Shown here: piece by piece, positions 57,873-64,000 of the stretch | Layout: each line of letters begins with the position of its first letter | How positions within the stretch are numbered: the stretch's first letter is position 1 | Assembly: GCA_051003195.1 (NCBI GenBank) | Contig: JBPCLP010000045.1 | Span: 128,001 to 192,000, forward strand | DNA from: Candidatus Sumerlaeaceae bacterium | GTDB taxonomy: Bacteria; Sumerlaeota; Sumerlaeia; Sumerlaeales; Sumerlaeaceae | Reading direction: 5' to 3' | DNA: 64,000 nucleotides | Notes under the pieces: model-generated | Databases searched by the model: none | What the model was told of the DNA's origin: nothing | What the model saw: only the letters and a program-made list of their open reading frames with translations | Program-made: the position numbers and the translations under genes

Positions 57873-60413
57873 ATGTTTCAATGGTACCCCGCACGGTACG
57901 GGCCTGTTAACCGGCTCCCCGAATTCCTGCTGGTTGTGCTGGTTGGGGTGCTTGGCGCACTGGCACCGCCGCCGGCAGCGGCGCAGCCGTTCTCGCTGAT
58001 CTGTATGCCCGACCCCCAGTACTACACAAACTCGAACCACGCGTCGCTGTACGATCTTTATAGCAGGCAGACACGCTGGATCCGCGATAATAAAACTGCC
58101 TACAACATCAAGCACGTGATCTGGCTTGGCGACCTGACAAATGATAATACGCTGACGCAGTGGAACACCGCAAACGCCGCATACAACATTCTCGACACGA
58201 ACAACATCCCCTACGCGGTCGTGCCGGGTAACCATGATTACAAGACTACGCAGACAAACGAATGGGTGGGCGCGAACCTCCGCGACCTCACGCGCTACAA
58301 CGATGTCGTCGGCCCATCGCGCTTCGTCGGCAAATCGTGGTATGGCGGCAATATGGGTAACACCACGAATCGCAACGAGAACAACTACACGTTCTTCTCT
58401 GCCAGCGGACTCAACTTCCTGGTTATCGGCCTGGAGTACGCGCCGCGTAAGGAAGTGCTGACCTGGGCGAATAACCTGATCAGCCAGTATCCCACTCACC
58501 GCGTCATCATTTTTACCCACATGTACATGACCACCAACGGCAACTACGCCGGCGGCGCGGGGTCAGCGACGGGTACAGTGGGCGCGGAAGGGGCAGATCT
58601 CTTCGATGAGTGCGCGAGCCGGCACAGCAATGTGTTCATGGTGGTTTGCGGGCACGTGACGGAATCAAAGGTGAACACCAAGATGGGTGTTGGGGGCAAC
58701 ACGATATACGAGATGCTGGTCGATTACCAGGGGGAGCAGGTGCAGGGGACCGGCGACAACCTCGGCAACGGCTGGCTGCGGATCATGCAGTTTGACCCAT
58801 CCACGAATAAGATCAATGGAAGCACCATTACCGCCGCACCTGGAGATACGGCGATCTTCACCGGCGGCGTGAGCCAGTTCTATAACGGGCCATACTCCAC
58901 CAGCCCGACGGCGGCCGATCACCTGTTCTCTTTGAACTATAACATGACCGCCGCGGCACAGCCGTATACGTACCTGAACTCCAGTGTCGAGTTTCACGAC
59001 ATGCACGTCAGCGATGCGATCACGGCCGACCAGCTGGATCCCGATATTGCCCAGGCGGACGACGGCAGGTGGGTAGCAGCGTGGGAAGAGGACAGCGACG
59101 AAAACGGAATTTATAATATCGTGGTGCGCGGCTTCGATGCGGACGGCAACGCACGCTTTGCGAGTTCGGTCGTGAACACGGCGGGTGTAAACACTACCAA
59201 CGCCACGAACCCAGCCATCGCGATGGCGGCAGACGGAACATTCGCAGTGACATGGCGGAGCGGAACCACGGCGATTAAGACGCGTGCGTATAGCGCAACA
59301 GGAACCCCGATTGGCGTCGGCGAACAATCGGTTATATCCGTTACGGCGCCGGGTATTGTCAGGAATCCGGATGTGGCGATGGACGACGCCGGAAACTTCG
59401 TTGTCGCGTGGTCCGACGACGCCGACGGCAACGGTTCATTCCAGGTTCGCGCGCGGGGCTTTACGTCAAGCTACGTGCAGCGATTTGCCGCGAAGACAAT
59501 TAACACCATTGCCGCAGGGCAGCAGCAGAACCCGGTAATCGGCATGGCCGCAAACGGAGACTACGTGATTGCCTGGGACGATGACCAGGAGAGTGACGGC
59601 GAGTGGGACCTGGCCGCGCGTGGCTATCTTGCAAACGAGAGTCAGCGATTTACGCAGATTGTGGGCAACACCACCACCACGGGACAACAGCTCGACGTGG
59701 ATATTGCGATGGATGACACCGGCCGATTCGTTGTGGTGTGGGAGGACGATTCCGACCTGAACAACTCGTACCAGATCCGCGCAAAAGGCTTTACCGCGAC
59801 GGGTAACCAGCTTATTTCCGAACGCACGGTGAACCTGATCTCGACGGGTAACCAGCTGAACCCGGTTGTCGCAATGGATAGTGCCGGCAACTGGTACCCT
59901 GCATGGCAGGACGATGGCGCGGTTTCGGGCGGAGAAGGTTATCAGATGATGTCGAACAAGTTCGACATCTCCGGGACACGCATCAATGCGGCGGACGTGC
60001 GAGTGAACTCTGTGATAGCGGTCACACACCAGTTCGGGCCTCCGGCTCGCTACAATCCAGTCGTCAGCGCTCACAAAAGCGGACGCTATATCGTGGCGTG
60101 GGCTGATGACATGGACGGAAATGGATCGTACCAGGTGCTTGCGCGCGCTGTGGGCGGCACCGCAAAAAGCCTGGTGGTCAAGGCGATCAACGGCAGCGTC
60201 GCGAAGTCTCCCGCTGAGCCATTCTACGCTCCCAATGCTACGGTGACGCTCTCGGCGTCTGGTAATTCAGGCTATGCTTTTAGCGGATGGTCGGGTGATG
60301 TGCCGGCAGGTAATCAACTGGTGAACCCGCTGACCATCACCATGAACACCGACAAAAGCCTGACCGCCCAATTTACCGCGTCGACTCGCGTAAGTGACTG
60401 GCCGCTGTATTAG
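57873..60413 (+). CDS. Secreted calcineurin-like metallophosphoesterase with a beta-propeller-like repeat region and an InlB-B-like repeat
   Basis: PDPQYY, LGDLT, VPGNHD, FTH and VCGH motifs; about 7 repeats of P.(V/I)AM...G.(F/Y/W)VV.W.D; GYAFSGWSGD...NPLTITM...LTAQF. Confidence 0.8.
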   Translation: MFQWYPARYGPVNRLPEFLLVVLVGVLGALAPPPAAAQPFSLICMPDPQYYTNSNHASLYDLYSRQTRWIRDNKTAYNIKHVIWLGDLTNDNTLTQWNTANAAYNILDTNNIPYAVVPGNHDYKTTQTNEWVGANLRDLTRYNDVVGPSRFVGKSWYGGNMGNTTNRNENNYTFFSASGLNFLVIGLEYAPRKEVLTWANNLISQYPTHRVIIFTHMYMTTNGNYAGGAGSATGTVGAEGADLFDECASRHSNVFMVVCGHVTESKVNTKMGVGGNTIYEMLVDYQGEQVQGTGDNLGNGWLRIMQFDPSTNKINGSTITAAPGDTAIFTGGVSQFYNGPYSTSPTAADHLFSLNYNMTAAAQPYTYLNSSVEFHDMHVSDAITADQLDPDIAQADDGRWVAAWEEDSDENGIYNIVVRGFDADGNARFASSVVNTAGVNTTNATNPAIAMAADGTFAVTWRSGTTAIKTRAYSATGTPIGVGEQSVISVTAPGIVRNPDVAMDDAGNFVVAWSDDADGNGSFQVRARGFTSSYVQRFAAKTINTIAAGQQQNPVIGMAANGDYVIAWDDDQESDGEWDLAARGYLANESQRFTQIVGNTTTTGQQLDVDIAMDDTGRFVVVWEDDSDLNNSYQIRAKGFTATGNQLISERTVNLISTGNQLNPVVAMDSAGNWYPAWQDDGAVSGGEGYQMMSNKFDISGTRINAADVRVNSVIAVTHQFGPPARYNPVVSAHKSGRYIVAWADDMDGNGSYQVLARAVGGTAKSLVVKAINGSVAKSPAEPFYAPNATVTLSASGNSGYAFSGWSGDVPAGNQLVNPLTITMNTDKSLTAQFTASTRVSDWPLY

Positions 60414-60437
60414 ACTATCTGACGCCTGATCGTCGAA

Positions 60438-62291
60438 TTAAGGCTTCCTGGACTTATCGTGTATTTTCCGCAACGCCATTAGAGTGTTCAGGTCAACCAT
60501 CTGGATGTCGGGGCGCAGTTTCGCAACTTCGTCGAATAGCTTCCGGTGGGCGCCCGGCGACCAGAGTATCGTCCGGAACACCGAGAAACCTGTGGCTTTG
60601 GGGGCTTTGCGCGCAATGATCGCAGCGCTCTCGGCAGGGGTTCCGGTCAGGTCGGCCGACATTTTGAGGTACGGCATCCCCTCGTGGTTGCCCGGTTTTC
60701 CCTTGTCACGCCAGATGACGGCGCCTCCCGGGGAGAACCTGGCGTAGCGCGAGAGCATGTCGCGACTCATCTGCGGCGCATGGCCTTCAATTACAAAGCC
60801 AGTTACCGACAGATCCCATTGTGCGTAATAGCGTGAGCAGTGCCGCTCCCAGGCGTCCGCGCCGGAAGGTAAACCGGAGAACTTGCGCGGGGGCTCCAGG
60901 CATCCGGGATTCAGATAACCCGCGCCGCTGTCACCCGACACAAAACTGTCGTTGGCGCTGGCGGTCTTCCTGGCATACGCGAGCCCGAAGGGAAATCGGT
61001 CAGCCAGGTTTGGGTTAAACGCCCAGGAAAGCGGCACGCTCCCGCGCTCGGGGTCCTCCCATAGATCGGGCATACGGCGGTACAGCCACGGCGCGGAATC
61101 GTAGTCGCCGACGTAGATTGCCACATAGGTGCCGCTGGTGACGTGGCCATTGGTATCGAGGCGCCCCTTTGTACGAAGCGTCTCGGTCGTAGGCAGATTT
61201 GGTTGAGGATATTTTTCGCGAAGGGGATAATGCTGAAAGAAAGATGCGTTTGCCATCGCGTGATAACCCGGCGCATCGGCATCGATATAGGCGTTGAAGC
61301 AACTCAGCACCTCTACCATGTGCCACTCCGTTGGCACACCCTCGTGTTTCTGTCCTGTGTGCGAGGTATACTTCTGGTCCCAGGGCGTAAAGCCGCCGAC
61401 GTGAATCATTTTATCGCCACCGTTCGCATTGTATGCTGCGTGCATCACCTTGAGCAGCGTTTTGTAGTCGGCGCCCAGTGGTTGTTCCCTGTCATCATCG
61501 GGTGCCTCGTCCGTCCAGGCTGCCAGGTCGAAAAAGAACCCTTTTTGCGCAATGAAGTAGTCGTGATTTGAAAGCAACGTGTCGGCAATTTTGACGGACT
61601 TCGGTTCGCGTAACCAGTACGCATCCGGATAGTAGCCGAGCCGGGACGCATTACACTTGCGCGCTTTGAGGTAGTGCTCCGTGGCCCACGCGTACGCGTC
61701 GCATTTCGTGCTGCCGGTCGAACGGGTGGCAGTATCTGGAATCGTTCCTTTTCCAGTAAACAGGGGAGAGCCATCCTCGTTGAGCAGCCGTCGTTTCACT
61801 GGCAGATGCAGTTGTTCGGTCAGGTATCGATACAGCGATCCCTCGCTGACGTCATAGCGTACCGGCAGCATGTTTTCGACACCTGCGATGGTGCTCGCAA
61901 GATTACTTGTTGCGGCGACTCGCTCATCCCACACCACGAGCCCATTGTACGCAGAACGAAACCGCACCAGCAGGTCCATGCGGGAGCGGATGGGAACCGC
62001 CTTCGACGCGCTCAGCCATTCATCCCCGGCCTGCATCTTGTTCAGCCAGTATTTATCGATGCGCGCATCGTTACCCACCCAGAACAGGTAGAGTTGCGCG
62101 GATTCGCGGTTGGCGAGCCCCTGCAATGCGCATATCATGTGCAACTCATCCCACGCTTGCCGCCGTTGCGATTCGTCTTTCACGTCGAGGGCGTGCAGGT
62201 GGTTGAGGTCGTAAGTATAAAACTCTTTCGGGCCCGCGGTGGCCGAGCTAACCATTATCAGCCACGCGCCCCAGCAAAGTGCAGCATGCAA
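60438..62291 (-). CDS. Exported GxGYxYP-domain protein (putative glycoside hydrolase)
   Basis: ALQGLANR, YVGDYD, RGSVPLSW and DSGAGYLNP motifs; signal peptide. Confidence 0.8.
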   Translation of the reverse strand: MHAALCWGAWLIMVSSATAGPKEFYTYDLNHLHALDVKDESQRRQAWDELHMICALQGLANRESAQLYLFWVGNDARIDKYWLNKMQAGDEWLSASKAVPIRSRMDLLVRFRSAYNGLVVWDERVAATSNLASTIAGVENMLPVRYDVSEGSLYRYLTEQLHLPVKRRLLNEDGSPLFTGKGTIPDTATRSTGSTKCDAYAWATEHYLKARKCNASRLGYYPDAYWLREPKSVKIADTLLSNHDYFIAQKGFFFDLAAWTDEAPDDDREQPLGADYKTLLKVMHAAYNANGGDKMIHVGGFTPWDQKYTSHTGQKHEGVPTEWHMVEVLSCFNAYIDADAPGYHAMANASFFQHYPLREKYPQPNLPTTETLRTKGRLDTNGHVTSGTYVAIYVGDYDSAPWLYRRMPDLWEDPERGSVPLSWAFNPNLADRFPFGLAYARKTASANDSFVSGDSGAGYLNPGCLEPPRKFSGLPSGADAWERHCSRYYAQWDLSVTGFVIEGHAPQMSRDMLSRYARFSPGGAVIWRDKGKPGNHEGMPYLKMSADLTGTPAESAAIIARKAPKATGFSVFRTILWSPGAHRKLFDEVAKLRPDIQMVDLNTLMALRKIHDKSRKP

Positions 62292-62456
62292 GCGGAACGC
62301 CTCTCATCCAAGTTTCGTGGCGATAACCCTCAGCAGTACATGGAATGCAAGTGGCGCCTGCTGGAGAATGCGCGACAACAAAATCGGCGCACCGGATGCG
62401 TGTTGGTGATAACGTCTTCCAATTCGACCCGGTGCGCCGGCAGTTAGATCAACGGC

Positions 62457-62678
62457 TTAGCAGCAGGCAGCTTTCACCTCTGTTTTTGCGGCCTCTCGGC
62501 AGTTGCATGAGCCGCAATTGCAGGACCCACAGCAGGATTCCCCGTCGCATTTGCATGAGCAGCTGCAGTTCGTGCAGCAGCAATTGGTGGAGTTCTTCTG
62601 TACCTGATCTGCATTTAGCAGCTGTGCGCCGGCAATGAGGGTCGCGGCAGCAATGGTGGTGATTGCTAGTTTGTTCAT
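62457..62678 (-). CDS. Small exported Cys-rich metallothionein-like protein (73 aa, 15 Cys)
   Basis: SD AAGGAG 6 nt before ATG 62678; MNKLAITTIAAATLIAGAQLLNA|DQVQKNSTNCCCTNCSCSCKCDGESCCGSCNCGSCNCREAAKTEVKAACC. Confidence 0.75.
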   Translation of the reverse strand: MNKLAITTIAAATLIAGAQLLNADQVQKNSTNCCCTNCSCSCKCDGESCCGSCNCGSCNCREAAKTEVKAACC

Positions 62679-62790
62679 GATAATCTCCTTGAAAACAAAT
62701 GGGCTGAGCCCGTGCTGGTTATGGTGTGTACTGCGGAATTGAGATGTCCCTTGAAGGGCGCGCGTGGCCTCAACGAGCCGCGCGAGAATC

Positions 62791-63150
62791 TCAGATCCGC
62801 AGGTTACATAACAGGAGATAGAGTGATACGGAAGGTGTGTGGGCCGCGGTTGCGACATCCGCAGAGCCGTCGATATCAAATAGCGGTTCCGGCCATCGAG
62901 AAGGCGATGCCGCAGGGGGATTCGCAGTGTTCGGTTTCGTTTCTGCAGAAACGCCGAACTCGCCACTGTCGCTGTGTTTCGCGCAGCAGCTCTGCCATAA
63001 GCATTCGGTTGCTTCATCGCAACAGCGATCTGCTGCTTCCTCCTGCGCCCCCGGACCACAGCAGCAGCATGTAGAAACGCCAGCTGCCAGTGCGAGCCGT
63101 GGCAACAGAAGTAGAATCGAACTCGCGATAAGGAACATGATTCTGTTCAT
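62791..63150 (-). CDS. Cys-rich exported leader protein upstream of the metallothionein-like gene (putative metal-responsive uORF)
   Basis: Signal peptide ending ALA; CCCC, RCC and SCC motifs; ends TPSVSLYLLLCNLRI*; 112 nt before the next ATG. Confidence 0.68.
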   Translation of the reverse strand: MNRIMFLIASSILLLLPRLALAAGVSTCCCCGPGAQEEAADRCCDEATECLWQSCCAKHSDSGEFGVSAETKPNTANPPAASPSRWPEPLFDIDGSADVATAAHTPSVSLYLLLCNLRI

Positions 63151-63165
63151 TGCAGCAGTATAGCA
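63151..63165 (-). promoter_or_regulatory. Extended -10 promoter, probably giving a leaderless transcript
   Basis: Minus strand reads TG-c-TATACT-gctgca-ATG; no SD sequence. Confidence 0.5.
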
Positions 63166-63303
63166 GGAGCTGGTCAGTGAAATTCAAACTTCGGTCTTCA
63201 GCAGGTACATGCTAACCCGAGGACATCCGTGCAGGGCTGATCGATTCGTAATGTGGGGTAACCCGTGCTGCTTGACTCAGACTTTGCGTGCCGACACGCT
63301 AGG

Positions 63304-63398
63304 GTCGGTCTGCCGTTATTTCGTAACTGTTCTGTGTGCCGAATCGAGGGTAAGTTTGCCCTTTGGTCTGGTAACGAACTGCGGATTCGGCACACTAG
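63304..63398 (+). repeat. ~95-bp dispersed intergenic repeat, copy C
   Basis: ggtctgccgttatttcgtaactgttctgtgtgccgaatcgagg...gccctttggtctgg...gattcggcacactag. Confidence 0.8.
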
Positions 63399-63424
63399 CT
63401 TAACAGCGGAGTGGGAGGCGAGAG

Positions 63425-64000
63425 ATGGAAGGTCCATTAGGGCTACTGGCGGTCATGGTGGGCGCAGTATTTATTGTCGGCCCCATCCTGGGGATCATTG
63501 CGTTCTTTGGAAACCGATCGACGCGTGATCGTGCCGACCGGCTGGAGCGTGAGCTTGCCGATTTGCGACAGCGTATGCGCTCCATGGAAAGCGGATTGCC
63601 CGGGATTCCGACTCCAGCAGCAGCAGCGTCACCCCTGACACCGGCGGCACCTGCGCCACACCGGACAATCGATGATGTGCTGGCGGTAATGGGTGAAACG
63701 ACAAGCAAACAGGCGCCTGGCCCGATGGAACGAATGGTTGGAACCTCGATGCCTGACGAGGCACAGCTCTCACTTGCTGCAACAGAGCAGACTGAGGTAG
63801 GTGAACCAGTGGCGCCCGCGGCGTTTGAAAATGCAAATACGGCAGAGGCTTTGGCTGGCTCGCCCACTGAGAGCGAGGCGCCGGGCACATTGATCCCGCC
63901 GCCGCTGGCACCGCCACTTCCGCCACCGGTCGCACCTGCGCCGCCTCGCGTTTCGCTGCCGACCATGGAAATGAATCTCGGCACCAAATGGTTAGGATGG
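63425..64000 (+). CDS. DUF2339-like membrane protein, N-terminal part; runs off the right edge
   Basis: Translated by hand: MEGPLGLLAVMVGAVFIVGPILGIIAFF (TM), coiled coil RLERELADLRQR, Pro-rich linker, MEMNLGTKWLGW; SD GGAGG. Confidence 0.7.
   Translation, partial: MEGPLGLLAVMVGAVFIVGPILGIIAFFGNRSTRDRADRLERELADLRQRMRSMESGLPGIPTPAAAASPLTPAAPAPHRTIDDVLAVMGETTSKQAPGPMERMVGTSMPDEAQLSLAATEQTEVGEPVAPAAFENANTAEALAGSPTESEAPGTLIPPPLAPPLPPPVAPAPPRVSLPTMEMNLGTKWLGW

Noticed and set aside
62457..63059. 200-aa ORF as listed in the track
   Set aside because: Its 5' part overlaps the leader ORF in another frame; the SD and signal peptide support a start at 62678.

Overview
This is a GC-rich bacterial chromosomal window, probably from a diderm of the Candidatus Sumerlaeota (BRC1) type. 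That lineage call is an inference from the orphan GspG-like prepilin, the GH18 protein and the short C-terminal tails on secreted proteins; it is not proven. Positions 1-44 kb are mostly housekeeping genes: a partial xanthine-dehydrogenase-family molybdoenzyme, an OmpR/PhoR-like two-component pair, rpmE, a sulfatase, ubiE/menG, hisA-trxA-hisF, a GlgC/GlgD-like protein, pyrimidine nucleoside phosphorylase, trmB, rsmD, def, gltB, accA, cysC, GT-C membrane glycosyltransferases, a GH18 protein and tRNA-Asn. After the tRNA is an accessory-looking region with a Na+/H+ antiporter, a serine hydrolase, cusA/cusB, EcsC, a secreted metallophosphoesterase and a GxGYxYP protein. The best candidate for a new system is a metal-homeostasis module. 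Two similar ~120-130 aa ORFs have a signal peptide, CC motifs and a C-terminal ...(F/L)RI-stop. One sits ~110 nt upstream of an enlarged CusA and a CusB-cupredoxin fusion. The other sits ~110 nt upstream of an unannotated 73-aa signal-peptide-bearing, 15-Cys metallothionein-like peptide. The two spacers share a sequence motif, which suggests metal-sensing translational leader control. Several intergenic repeat families are also present, including a GTAG-type REP palindrome translated inside the molybdoenzyme gene. I found no CRISPR array, integrase or transposase. All product calls come from motif reading, not database searches.
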